NCBI GenBank assembly: GCA_000708835.1
Contig: DF237039.1
Location: 124,001-188,000, forward strand
DNA: 64,000 nt
Source: Klebsormidium nitens
Taxonomy: Eukaryota; Plantae; Klebsormidiophyceae
Reading direction: 5' to 3'
This document shows, one piece after another, positions 21,207 through 34,200 of this stretch (position 1 is its first letter; each line of letters opens with the position of its first letter). A program made the position numbers and the translations under genes. The notes under the pieces were generated by a model. The model was not told where the DNA came from, did not search any database, and saw nothing but the letters and a program-made list of their open reading frames with translations.

Positions 21207-24200
21207 CTATGCAACGCCCTCCTGGGCCTCCGGCAGTGCCGCCGCCTCTTCTTCCGGCTCCTCGTAAGGGACGTACGGAGTGATCGTCGCAAGCGGCATC
21301 GTTTTGAAGTCGACTTCCTCGTTCTCGAGCGCGATAAAATCCTCCATGTCTGAGTACTCGTCGCTGTCCCACTCCGACTCCGAGTCGAGCATCTGCTCCT
21401 CGAGCGCGTACGCGACGAACTTGTTCCCACTCGGGCCGCGCGCCGCCGCTTTGCGCTTCTTGACCGCGAGCATCTTCCGCCGCCGTTTGGAGCGCCGGTC
21501 GTTCCTGTCAAGGGTTTCAAGCTGGATTCAGATGGGGGGAGGAAGCTGCAGGAGACGCTTTGCTGACCATTGCACTTTGCCAGGGGCCAGTACAACAACA
21601 GCGTGAAGAGAATGCTGCTTTACCGCAAAATCCACTTTCTTACACCTTCGAGCGCTAGCTGAAAAGAGAGGGACCGGGAAACAAGGGATCCGCTCCTGTT
21701 GCAGGCTCAACCATCTAGAATTGCTGCTTCAGTTCAACAAGGGTGTGGCATCGGCGACTCCCATCTCCAAACGATCAGAAATGACAGCGACGACGAAAAC
21801 TCGGCTTCAAAAGGGAGCACCTATAGACGTAAGTCTGTCCTGCCCAAAACGGGCCTTGATTGGATCAACAAAGTCCAGAAACGACCTAGTCAGATCGCCT
21901 CCGAAGGACCTGGATGAGAAGAAAGGGGCTTCTATGTGCTCGAACCAAACGATCACCACCATTACCAACAATACTACAGGTCAACCAGAACAGCTCTGGT
22001 TTTCCTTCGTGTGCAATGTCCACCTGAAGAACGACCGTCTTTGATGTTTCTCAAGATCTCGCAGACCTTATACCCTGCGGTGTCGAGTGCTGGTCAGAAA
22101 GGGTCCTCATACTGAATCGAACAAGTGCTTTGCCGAAAACATAACCCAGGCAACTCTGCTTTCGGACTGTTGGCTTAAAACACTGGAAAACTAGAAGAAG
22201 CAGAATCGAAGCAGAGATACTGACAGCTGTTCCTCACCGTCGCTCCTCCTCTTCCAGATCAATCTCCGCCATCTCGCCGCCCTGCTCCACCAGCGTTACC
22301 TCCACGCCCGGGGCCACTTTCGGACGCTTTTCGGACGCGCTCTCCCGTTTTCGGACGCTCTCGGACGCCTTCCTCTTGGCGCCCCTCTCCTCCTTGCCCT
22401 TCTCCTGGTCGACAACCGCCCACCACGCCGACGGTGCCGCGCTCTTCCGTCCGGAACGCGTCCGCGGAACGGATTCCGTAGGGGCTTCGGCACCGTTCGA
22501 ATCCGAGTCCACACCTTTTGCGTCCGAACCCCGTTCCTCAACCTCCGAACCCACTTCGTCTGAGTCCGGTTCCTTTCTCGCTGCGTCCAAACCCTTTTTC
22601 TCCGCGTCCGAACAGAGACGTGCATCCAAAGCCCCATCTCCGGACAATGTTCGCTCGTCTTCGTCAACACCTTCGAGCCCACCGGCGCACGTCAAGTCGG
22701 CCGCTTCTTCCCGACCGCTTTCGTAGGCGTCCGTAGTCGGAAAGACTGTCCGAACGTCCGTCGTTAGCACGCGGCAGTTATCGGAAACCCTAAACCCTGC
22801 TTGCCGCAAGTCCTCGCACAACGGGGCTAAGCAGTCAAGCAGACCGGTAGGTGCACAGGTTTCTCGGCAGGCCTCGTAGGCGGCCATCAAACCTTCCAAC
22901 TGATGTCGGAACCGCACTAAAGTTGCTTGTAGCACCTTGTCTTGTGCCACCTGGGCGCAACAGAACGAAAGCTTCAAGGAGCTTCGCCTTTTCCGGCAAA
23001 GGGAATCGTGGGTAGGGAAAGAGACTTCGTTTGAGACTAGAAGTTCGCAAGCGTGGTCCCCCTTCACGATTGAATTTTGCCACCACTGCGCTTCCGAGCC
23101 CGTAGAAAAGAAACTCGGAACAACCTCCCACACTCCAGCCTCTTGGTAAAGGTGGCCCAGCTTTAAAGAGAAAGAACGAATTTGCATCCTTCCGCGTTGT
23201 GGTGCCCTTGACCAGCCTCTCAGTTAAGGTATCCTGCATAAGCACAAACATACTCTTCAGCAGCCCTCTCCTTCTTGCCATTCGCCCATACTATCCCGAA
23301 CGGAGGTTCAGGCCCAACTTTGAGGCCTCCTTGCGCACACACACCGGACCGCAGTGTCCCCTCCTCTCGACCAGCCTCTCGGTCGAAACATTCGGAAAAA
23401 GCATCAACATTGATGGCACACTTTTGGCAGCTCTTTCTACTCGTCCGTTTCGATCGGCTTTTCGCAGTATGTCCAGATCCTAGTGAAAGACGCGGTTGCA
23501 CGCTCACCGCACTCCACTGTCCCCGTTTCCTTTCCACCAGCCTCTCTGCAGCGCAGTGCATCGCGGCCCCCAACCGCACGAGCTCCGCCGCCGCCTCGAC
23601 TTGCGAAGCGTCCGGCTTTTCCGCCCCCGTGCCGTCTCCGTGCGCCGTCTTCGCTGCCACCATAGCCGCTGGCTCTTCTCCCGCAACCTCCGCGTCAGGG
23701 TTGCTCCGTTCGCTCCCGTCGATCGAAGTACTTCCTGCCGTTCCTGTTCTGTTGGAGGGACTTTCTCCCAGACCCCCTTCTGAGACGCACATAAGCATCT
23801 CAACTTCAGCGGGCTTCTGTGCAAGGGGGGGATTCTTCTCACTCCCGTCTGACCCCCCCGAAGCAGGCTTCTCCCTGCTGCGCAGTTCCGACGACCACAA
23901 GCCGGTCCCTTTCGAACCATCCACTTCTTCTGCCCTGCCGACCTCCGAAAGCGCATTCTCACACAGATCCGAGAGCCACAGAACGCCTTCCTCGACGGGA
24001 CTCAATGCCGCGCACAACCCACGCAGAACCCGCAGACCCTGCCGCTCATCTAGGAGGCCCCCGGCCCCCGTTTCTCGCAGCTCGACTGCCACGTCAGCAT
24101 CGCAGACCGCCGTAAACGCGCCAATGATCTGCGTGAGCGGCTCCAGGCCCAGCTCCACGTATCCCCCTTCGTCCTCTGCCAAGTGTCCTTTCCCCATGTG

Positions 24201-26952
24201 CCCACTGCCATCTCTGTTAGAACCGGCCCCCCTTTCTACGGTCCGAACTAGGAACTCGAGCGCCAAGTCTAAAATCTGATCCCTACATCCGTTCGACGCC
24301 AAATGCACAACCGGGGGGGCAGAATCACTCCCATCCATCACCCCCCCCGCCTCTTCTTCCAGTTCCGGCACCTCGGTTTTCAGCCCGCCATTCTCGACCC
24401 AGCTCAGCATCGCCTCCTCACAGTCAGGGCTCTTCTGAGGGGGTAACTCCTCTGGCTTCGTGCCCCCCCCAACCGGAACCGCCGTTACCCCCTCAAGCCC
24501 CCCTTCCCCTGCACCCATGGGCAATCCCGCTGATTCCGTTTCACAGTAACCCCGCTCTTCTCTTTCCAAAGACTCCAGCCCGCTAATGTTACGATCCTCT
24601 ACGAGTCGGGTCGCCGTTTCCAGGCAGTCGCTGACTGCGCTCGCGGCCCATGACACCGCGACCTCCAGAGGACTGTACTCGAGGCCGAGCGTTACGAGGG
24701 ACTGCAGCGGGGCACCTGCCGGGACGTCGAAGCTCGCAACCAATCCACGTGCGACACCTGTCGCCAGGCGGACGGCCCCATCCGAAGGGTGACTCGTGGA
24801 GTACAGACGAACCAGGGACGTGAGGAGCCCACAGAAAGCTGCCAGGAGCAGCGTCTGCAAAAGATGCACCTCTAGTTAGTGCGAAGGTCTGTTGATGGAC
24901 GTTGAGACCCGTGCTGAGAAGTCTGGGGTTCAAGAGGCGAACTGACATGGCGCAGGTGATGTGCCGGATACCTTCGATAAGTCAGGAGTAATGAAAAGCA
25001 ATCTAGTCCTGTCCTTCGAAACAGGTAAGCCAATTATTCAAATTAGAGTCAAGCGCCCGCAAAGTATCCACCTTCTCAAGGAGCTGGTGCACTTGCGAGG
25101 ACTGAGATCCCTCAACCGAACGACGTTTGCCACATGAAGAATCACGCAGATTCAGTCAAATTGCGATCAAGCCAAAAGTGATTCAAAGACAAAAGGGAAC
25201 ACTCAGGAAAGGAAAAATCACAATTGAAAGAAGACACCGACCTACCTCCAGTCCGGCTTCCATCTCCAACCGCAGGATCACAGTTATGTAAACCAGCAGC
25301 TGACCCAGCGGGTTAGGGACCCCCTCGAGCCCCAGATCCTCAACTGCAGCGTCCACTCCAACCAGTTCCCGAGCGACTAGAAACGCCGCAGCGCTCTCAT
25401 CTGGGGTAAGACAGCCGGCCACCAAACCGTCCACTTCTGCCGCACTCTGAGCGCCCTGCTTGTCTGGAGCCAGACTGTCTGACAGATTCTCAGATTCGTC
25501 TTCTGTCACGCCATCGGGGCCCCTTCTCTCGGTTGACTCGACTTGGGTTCTGGAACTTTCGGAGTGGCTTGCGAGCCACTGACACACATCAGAGAGGGCG
25601 GTCAGCGCCGCCAGCTGCAGGCTCGACCTCCAAAAAGTGACACCCTTCACCCCTTCCTCCCCGGCTGGGGCCTTACCCATTTTCACCCCCTCTAACTCCT
25701 CCAAACTTGCCTCAGGCGTTCCAATATTTACCGGTCCGGCCACAACAGCTGCAAGGTCCGCTGAAGTTACGCTCAGAGCCCTAGCTAGCGCCAAGGCTGC
25801 AGGCATTGAGTGCAAGAGCTCCCCTTCCTCCGCCGACTTTGCTTCGCCGTCAGTAGTCGGTGTGTGAAACCCGGCCAATTCGAGCGCAGACAAACAACTG
25901 CCCTTGAACAGCCCCACCGCTCTCTGCGCAAGCCCACCCACATCCTGCAACGCCGCCCCCTGTACTTCAGCCGCCTCTGCACTTCTTGATGGGACCTCTA
26001 AGTATCCTCTTGCCAGACTCAAGGCGTGAATCATAGCCAATTGCGCACCGGCATTGAGCTGAACAGGGCGAACAAACGACGGTGCACCACAGCTTGGCTC
26101 TACGTAGTCCAAGACACCAAGAAGCGTAGTCAGCCCGAAACCGATGTCGGAACTGGCGCCCGAGTGGGATGCACCTTCCCCCCCTCTTTCGGCCTTCGCT
26201 TTCTTCCCCGACCCAGAATCAGCTCGTCGCAGAAATGAAACGAGCACACAATGAACACACACAAGCTCGAGCAACTGCTCACAACTCAGCACAGGCCCCC
26301 TGGACTTTCCCAGGGTGTCTAGCACGTCCCCTGTCCGAATCTGCCCACCGTCCAAAACAAGTCTGCTGACCATCCGAACTCCCCCCCCCTCCAAATTGCC
26401 CAATTCCGAAGGCCCCGTCGGTGGCTCCCGCCAGTCTGGCGAAACCGCCTCTACCAGAAGCCTCTCCACAAGTCGCAGCGCAAGAGCAGCGCCCCCCTGA
26501 CAGCTGGCAGTCCGCATCCGCAAGCTGTCAACATTTTCTTCGTCCCTGGCTTCATTAGCCCCCTTTGGAGACTGGCCACTTCCGTTGCTCCGTTCGCTTG
26601 AGCCGGCACCCAAGTCTTCCTCCCTCTCCCCTGACTTTACCATAGAGGCACTGTCGAAGAGTTCCGCTCCCGGGTGCCCCTCCCTGCTTGCTTCTTCCGG
26701 AGAACCAGCTGAGCAGCCATTCTGCAACAGACCACTTCCTTTCCCAACGCCTTCTCCCGTGGCCGTCTGTTCGCCTCCGGGCTCCTCGGAACAACCCACT
26801 AGCTCGCAGAGGTTCTTTGCGTCCAGAAGAAGGGTGACGGACGCTAGAGTGGCAGAGCGGAGCACCGAGGAGTGAGCGGTGGGGGCTTCAGAAGGGGCGT
26901 CCATACTGAGTTCAGAAGGGCTACTAGGAAAATTTTGAACGTGGCTGACCAA
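21207..26952 (-). CDS. Large acidic protein of unknown function, multi-exon (helical segments separated by G/E/S-rich linkers)
   Basis: Long codon-biased ORFs 25183..26952 (donor at 25245), 23220..24869 and 22234..23187 (exon 22950..22238 with AG/GT). Probable small exons at 25101..25072 and starting at 21909. The terminal exon reads LETLDRNDRRSKRRRKMLAVKKRK...GNKFVAYALEE...DEYSDMEDFI...stop at 21207. The 5' end is unresolved (possibly ~27450). Confidence 0.65.
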
Positions 26953-27944
26953 AAGGCTGGGGCGCCGTTTTGCTTACAAAATCAGGGGCCGTGCCTGCAG
27001 TACAAAAACAAATGTACTCGTTTGTTCTGCCAGCCTCCTAAGGATGTTGAACCATTGACCTCTACAGACAATCGACTTAAAAGGACTGGGGCGAATTGAC
27101 TAAGAGCATTGCTTCTTTCGACCATAGAAGTATCCTCTTTCCAAACAATGCAGGCAAGTGGGCGCAATGATAGGCAACTTCCTCCAAAGGGGTATCAACA
27201 TTTCTATCCAATACCAAACGAAAGAGCCTTTGTCTGGGCTGTCAAGTGAGTATCTAAACAGCATACTACCAGCACTGAGACACTGGTTTGGATACTAAGA
27301 GCAGACGCTTTCACGCTCAACACCTCCTTCGAGCTGAGCAATTGACATACGCTCACCTCAAGAAGGACTCCGAAGCAAAACAATGTACGAATGCCTGCTT
27401 TCCACGGATGTCTTCCAGTACATATGTCCTTCGGCAGCTCCCCTCAGCCCCCATAAATAACCAATTCGAGTCCCCTTGAAGGACACACAAGAAATCACGC
27501 AATCAGACGCTCATGTGGCTGCAGTCCACCCTTCTTTTGCGCTCAATCCCTGGTTCTTCAATGGCTTTTCTCTCCTCTCAAACTGTCATGGAAAATGCAG
27601 CAGTATTTCCTGTAAAATGGTCAAAATGCCGAAGGTCCGGTCGGGCGACTATCGCGGGTACTTCCAGATTATTGCGAATATGAGGGTAGGACTGTGCATC
27701 CAACAAGATTGAGTTTGCCGCTCGATTTGGGACGCGACTCGTGAGTCGTGAATTCTTCATTTTGAGTTCTTGTGGTCGCGTATGGTAGAGACACATCACC
27801 GGGTACGGTAATAATCTCTTCAAATATACTGCGCAATGTCATAATGGCGTGCCAGCTTGAGCAGGACGAAGGGGCATTCAATTCCAATGGCAAGATCTTC
27901 CACATGTTCACTTCAAGTTCTACTTCAAGGAAGGTGACGGTCAG

Positions 27945-29914
27945 GTGATGGCAGCCCCCTTCTCTTCAGCCGGGCAACACAGCACGGGCAGCATTGCTGC
28001 GAGGCTTTCTGCACCTTCTGTGCTCACTCTTGGTCAGGCAGGACTCGAACTCGTGCTGGAGAAACTTGAAGCGGACGCTGACAAAAACTCTTCTGCCCTC
28101 GTCTGCAAAGACTTCCGAGATGCGGAGCGCCAGACCCGGAAGCACTTGCGGTTGCGGTGCATCAGGAGGCAGATTGAGCTGGCTCCGCCCTGCTTCGAAG
28201 CTGTGACTGATCTTGACCTTTCCAGCATCTTCCCCCCGCGCTTTTCCAGGTTTGACCTCTCTGACCGCCAGCTGGCGCACTTGGCACGGTGCTTCCCTAA
28301 TGTGCGGAGCCTGACGCTGCTCGCTGATGGGTGCCAAGAGTGGCTGAGCAATGGGAGATTGCCGTTTCAAGGCACTTGGCCGAGCCTTGATATGGTGACT
28401 GTGATGCAACCGGGGGCGCACCGATCGAAAAGGTTCAAAGCCTTGGTTAACAACACGATTAGCGGGCGCCCTTTGGTGCTTGCAAATTTGAGGGAAACCA
28501 GGCAGGCTGCTGTGGGTCTGCCGTTGAACAAAGTGCGCCTCTTCTTTCCAAAGGACAAAGATCTGGAGGAGTTGGCGAAGACGAATGTAGCGCACCTAGC
28601 CAGTCTGGAGTTTGAGCTGTTAGGGTCTGATCCTTTCTCCCTAGACCTCTCAGTATTGAATTCCGTCAACTTCCCTGAGTTGACAAGTTTGAGCGCTCTT
28701 GGAGCCTGGCTTGACACTGGCGATGACAGGATCTTCAAATTCACCGAGGAGAAAGTGCGGGGCCTGCTGGAAGAGTTCCCTTACCTCACCAGCTTCACGC
28801 TCCGTGCAATGACTGGGTCTCGGTTCACCACACTCCCTCTCAGTCAGGCGCAAAAATGCAGGTTACCACTTTGCGTCTGGATTTGCGAGAGGAGTTTCGC
28901 TCTCCGGAAATCAGTTTCGACCTGTCGCCACTTCGAGACTGTATCTCGCTGGAGCAATTGGAGTTGGTGGGGGAGAAGATCCTTACATTCAGCAAGCATG
29001 GAGGGATCACAGTTGAGCTTGTTAAGAAGTGTCGGAATCTAAAGAGCTTAAAGCTAGGACTCTGGGAGCGGTACGAATGCCCATCGTCGCACGAGCTTGT
29101 TGCCTTCTTTCAGCAGATAGCAGCAGCAAGTCCCAGGTTTCTCACGCAGATTGGCATCTTGTCCCAAATCGAGGGCAAGAGTTTCAGTAGGGATTTGTTA
29201 GCCCCATTCACGCCATTTTGCAAGAGCTTAGTGACCCTCACCTGCAGGATATGCCCTCTATGCCCTCCAAGAGTTGCGAGCTTCGTCATTGGTGGACTGC
29301 CGCTTTTGCGCGACTTGGACCTTGGGCTTGACGCACCCTACCCTGGTGCAGAGCTCCTGATAGAGTGTCCGAGTCTTGAGAGTGTCAAATTGAAAGCCTC
29401 CCGTCTCGTAAGGTTGACCTTCACGGGTGCCCACTCTGCCCTAGAATCACTTGACCTCTGCTTCGAGAATGAGTGGGTGGTGGAGGAGAGAGGCGAAAAG
29501 AGCAGGCAACTTTCCTGGTTCATAAGGTCCCTGCAATGCTTGGAAAAGCTGACCAGCCTTGCTCTCGACTACCGCAACTCGTCTGGCATGCCGTGGTCGG
29601 ATCCAGAAGTACTACAGGCAATCGCTGAATTGCCTGTCCTCAGAAGGCTGGTTCTAGCTACACCCTATCCAATCTCAGATGCATCTGCAAAGCTTATCGC
29701 ATAAGAGTTCCATTGGCTCTTGGGGTCCACTTCTCTCAAAGAGGTCCGGGTGTCGAACTGGCGCGACATGAAGGGCCCACTCGCTGGCTTTTACTCCACA
29801 CTGTACGGGCATGAGGGCACCGCACATCAGGTAGGCTTAATTTCGTCCTTGAAAACACGGTCCTACCAGATCGAGAAGGGCATCAGAGAAGCTGGGAATC
29901 TTCTGCAGGTATAA
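27945..29914 (+). pseudogene. MAX2/D3-like F-box/LRR gene, nearly intronless, probably disrupted
   Basis: The N-terminus DKNSSALVCKDFRDAERQTRKHLRLR...APPCFEAVTDLDLS resembles the F-box/first LRR of the MAX2-TIR1-COI1 group. LRR-like segments follow (SLEQLELVG, NLKSLKLGL, LRDLDLGL, LEKLTSLALD). The frame changes between ORFs 27945..29042 and 28856..29704. TAA at 29702-29704 is followed in the same frame by EFHWLLGSTSLKEVRVSNW to 29914. Confidence 0.65.
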
Positions 29915-31259
29915 CATCTGGTTCGTCATCAGTTGGTTATCAGTTGGCTAGTAGGCTTCTAGGCACCGTGTGTTTGTTGTATGCACAGAACTTGGGCCTT
30001 TCAGATGCTTGTTAGTCCTTACAGTGCTTGACTGCATCCATCAGGGAATGCCTTCCTTGTCGTCTGCTTTGCCAGACATTTCCTTGACTCTACACTACGG
30101 TGGTGTGCAGCATGATGGTGAGCGTTCGGAGCCTTCAATAGAATCATCGGTCTATGAAGCTTCGTCTGATGAAGAATTTGGTGGCGAAGAGATTTCTAGC
30201 GCTGAAGACTAGGCTCTGGGCTTGGTAAAGTCCACCTTTCGCTAGCCGTTGCAAGGGCCTGGGGTGCAGATAATGTAACAGAAAAGTGCAGTTGGTTGGC
30301 CTGGATATTCGCACACTGCATGGATTGCTAAGAAAGCATGAAGCATCAGTGTACTTTTTGGGAAGAAAGCCATAACTAATCTGTTCAGCGGGCTGCACTG
30401 CACTTCAGTTGCATGCGGCCCGTTTGCATAGTATTGCGCGGAGTCAACGTCTGTCTATAATCGGAGCCAGCCAGTCATGATCAGCGGCCGAATGTACTAG
30501 TACATATGCATACCGTCCGCAAAGCTGCCGATTGACGCACCTTGCTGGTGCGATGCGCTCTAAGGTAGCCTAGCTCAGGTCCGGATCCTAGCTTGTCGAA
30601 TGCAGGTGATCTCGAATCATGAGTAAGCTTGCCGCCATGGGCCGCAAACATGCTGATGGTTCAGCAAACGATGCCGCAGAGCTATGAGCTTGTATCGCCG
30701 TTAGTGACCATCCATGTGCATAGGACCATGCCGCAGGCAAAATCTCCTGACAAGAGCGGGCCCGACTGCACCTGTTACCCCGGTTTAAAGGGAGCCAATT
30801 GCTACTAATGCGGAGATGCATTAGTCGAATGTACTCACTCTCAAGGTGCAGTATACTTCCTCTACATGCAGTGGCAATGATCAGGCAACCCTCTAACCTG
30901 TCTGGGAAAGATAGACAGATCCTCGTGTAAACAACTAGTCGATCACAGCCGTGACTTCAGAGCGCCTCATTTAATTGGGATCTGGACAGCTCGCGTTGTG
31001 CCAACAATGCCATCATCTCCACAACGATCACAAGGGTGGCAAGACTGCTGCTCGAATGCTGAAGTAGAGCATCCGAGTCAATGAGCTGAACAAGCCGAGC
31101 TTCAACCTCAAAAGGCTTGAAGCAAACGCAAACTGTTTCTACTCTATTTGTCAATCTCAACAAAGAATGTGTACTATCCAGGCAACAAAGCCTGGTTCTG
31201 GGCCTCGTGCTTAAAGCGAATAACCGTGCAGCTAACCTGCTCGCCTCACAAACGCCAAA

Positions 31260-34200
31260 TCAAGCGGGCGTCAGCTTTCGCCGCTTATAGCGCACACGGC
31301 ACTCCCCTTTGGGTCCCACGACCATCGATTCGAGGTCCGGTTCCGGGAAAGGGCTCACGTTCTCCAACTCGAAGTTCCTCAGGAGGATGCTCCAGATTGT
31401 CTTGATTTGCATGTAGGCAAACGTCTCCCCCATGCACCCGTGCCTGCCTCCGCCAAAGCCGATGTAGGAGAAGGCGCCATATGCCTGCGAATGAGTGTTA
31501 GATGGGCTCCGTCAAAGCTTTGATCCTGTCAGTCAGTCCTTACAAATCTCTTGCGAATTTTGATCAAGGTAACTGATGCGACGCGATGCACGTTAAAGCA
31601 AGGCTCCGACTCCTGGCGTGTCGTTGAAATGGTACAGACTTGCAGACGCTCCCTATAAAAGGTGGCACTGACTGTGTCGAACTCTACTTCCGATGCTTGC
31701 CCGTTCGTCGCCGCTTGCCCGACCGGGACGAACAACCTCGTCTCTCTTAAAAACAGACATATCTCGAGAGCAGCAACACCCTGGCTGGCTGCCGAAGTTG
31801 CCTTGAGTTAACTCGTTAAGAACGGGGTTTAGACACCTCAATGAGTTCCTTACACAAGTCGCCACATTTGTAACAACGTTTTCGAAGAGTAACCATTTGC
31901 CGAGCAGGCTAACTTTCCGTGTTCTGAAGCGGTGTCATTCCTGATCAGCGAAGAAGGGACGCTGATCTTTCTTGGCGGACGACCCTCTACACAGCTCACT
32001 ATTTGGGTCCCAGTCCATCAACAGAGAACCGTCGTGATAAAACTCCGCAAAGGCTAAAACAGTCCTCGACTGACGGCTCTGCAGACACTTTGCAATGTGT
32101 ACTCAGCAGTACTCTGGAACCTTGTGCACAGGCCCGCACCAAAGCCACTGACAAATCCGGTGAGCCCAATTGTCCGTCGCCGAATGCCACGTGGCATGCA
32201 CCCACCTTGTCCTCCTCGCGGCCTGGCCCGAAGCGGTCCGGGTCAAACTCGTCGACGCGCTTGTAGACGTGCGGCAGGCGGTGCGCGAAGCTGGGGGAGG
32301 TAGCGACGATATGGCCCTTGGGCACCACGTGGCTCTCGCCCTTGCGGTTGGTGACGGAGAAGTCCTTGTGCACGTAGCGTAGCAGCATGATCAGGGGGGG
32401 CTGCAGGCGTAGCACCTGGGGGGGGGGTGGAGGAGGACGCGTTACAGCATGATCGAGAGGGGTGTAAAACAAGGCGAAAGTAGGAGGGACACCAAAACAG
32501 CTACAACGAGATGGTAAGAAATGTCCGGAAGACTTTGTTGTGCGGGGCGAAGGGGTAGCGAGAGGCAACGAAGCCTGATTTGGAGGAGAGTGTAACCGCA
32601 GCCCCGGCGGCGCCAGATCAAAATGCGAATCTACTTCGCTGCCCTGGTCTGCGCTAGACCAAGAGAGGGAACTCTTGAGCTGAGCACTCCAACTTGAGCT
32701 GAGCACTCCAAGGAAACGAAGTAGTGATGACCGTCATGAAGACAGCAGGCAAAGTGAGTTGAGACGCTGCTCTCAAAGCTTGGAGAGGGAGATGATCCAG
32801 TTGCCAATAGCCCACAGCTGTACGTCGTAATGGGGGAGGAATCAATCGGGTTGGCCCATACCGTCATTCCTCTTCTGGAAAGCCGACGGCCGGATCTAAA
32901 TGGCTAAGTTTTTCCCACGGCACTTTCTACGCTGCACTGATTCCTACATGGAATGAGGGAGAACGGGCAGCAGCCGTTTAAAAGACTGGCGCCGTTCCAC
33001 CGCTCCTTAACAACCCGCTCGTTTAGGTCACCCGGTGACAAACACGCGAGCGACAGAGAGGCTGCCGGGGACCCCCTGTCGAACCAGTAAAGGAGTGGTA
33101 TACTTTACAGAATCGATGGACGGAGCGAGCACTTGGTGAGACGTTACCTCCTTGATGGCGCGGTGCAGGTAGTCCATCTCCTGCAGGATGTCGTAGTCGA
33201 GCTTCTCCCCGTGCTTGGCCAGCACGCGCTGCTGCTCGCGCACCACGTTCGGCAAAAACTTCTTCTCGCCCCTGCACTCCACACCCGTCAACGGAGAACA
33301 TTATGAGACCCCAAAGTGTGCAAAGTATCCGGCTACGGTGATCCTGAGTTAACGGACTTGTAGCAGATTTGAAGAGACGCAGATTACGACGAAGCTCAGA
33401 CTGGTCCTTTTGCCAGCCACTCACAAAATGAGGACAAGAAGCTGCCGCTGCCTCTGACATAGGCAGTGGGGCAAAGGGTGGAATATCGGTAGAGTCAGGA
33501 TTTGAAAAGCTGTTTGAGCCACATTCCGCCTATATTCTTGACCCACACGGTTCTTCGCACTGCAGTAGGATTGAATACCATTCTGGTCATTAGGATCGCC
33601 TGGGTCCTGTCAGACCGAGGCGGCTGAGTGAGAGCTGGGCCTAATCAACTTTTGGATCAAGCTAACCTGGGCTTAAAGCAGCGCTTCTCCGAAAGCACGA
33701 CTTGCCTCCAAATCGTTCCGACACACTTCGGACAGAGCTTGGTTCGTCTGACGTCCCTTCCAAGATTCAAAGTGCGGTAGATGCTTTCTGATCTGCCTTG
33801 CTTCAACACGAACGGGTTTCCAGTAAGACACACGTGCGATGCAAAGATCGATCGATGTAGAGGAATCTCGGAAAAATTGTAGGGCCATCCAAGGAGATTG
33901 CTTACGCATGGAGATAAAAGCCGGTCCATGTGGAGGTGATCGAGCTCGTGTGCTGGCCAGCAAACAGGGCGGCAATCAATAGGCCCGTGATCTCGTCGTC
34001 GGTCGTGGGACGATCCGGGTTCTTGTAGCGAGCGTCTATGAAGGCCTGTAGGAAGGCAACGGGCTTTTGAATACGGTAAACGCCGGACGTGGCAGAATTG
34101 ATGTAAACCTTTCCGGCTAGGAACGAGTCACAGTTCCAACTCCGAGGTGCGCAATCAAAGATGGCACTAGCGAGACAGAAACACAGGACGTTCCTGAAAA

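Noticed and set aside
22296-26875. Plus-strand ORFs such as 23275..24279 opposite the large minus gene
   Set aside because: Antisense shadows of GC-rich exons with low-complexity translations.
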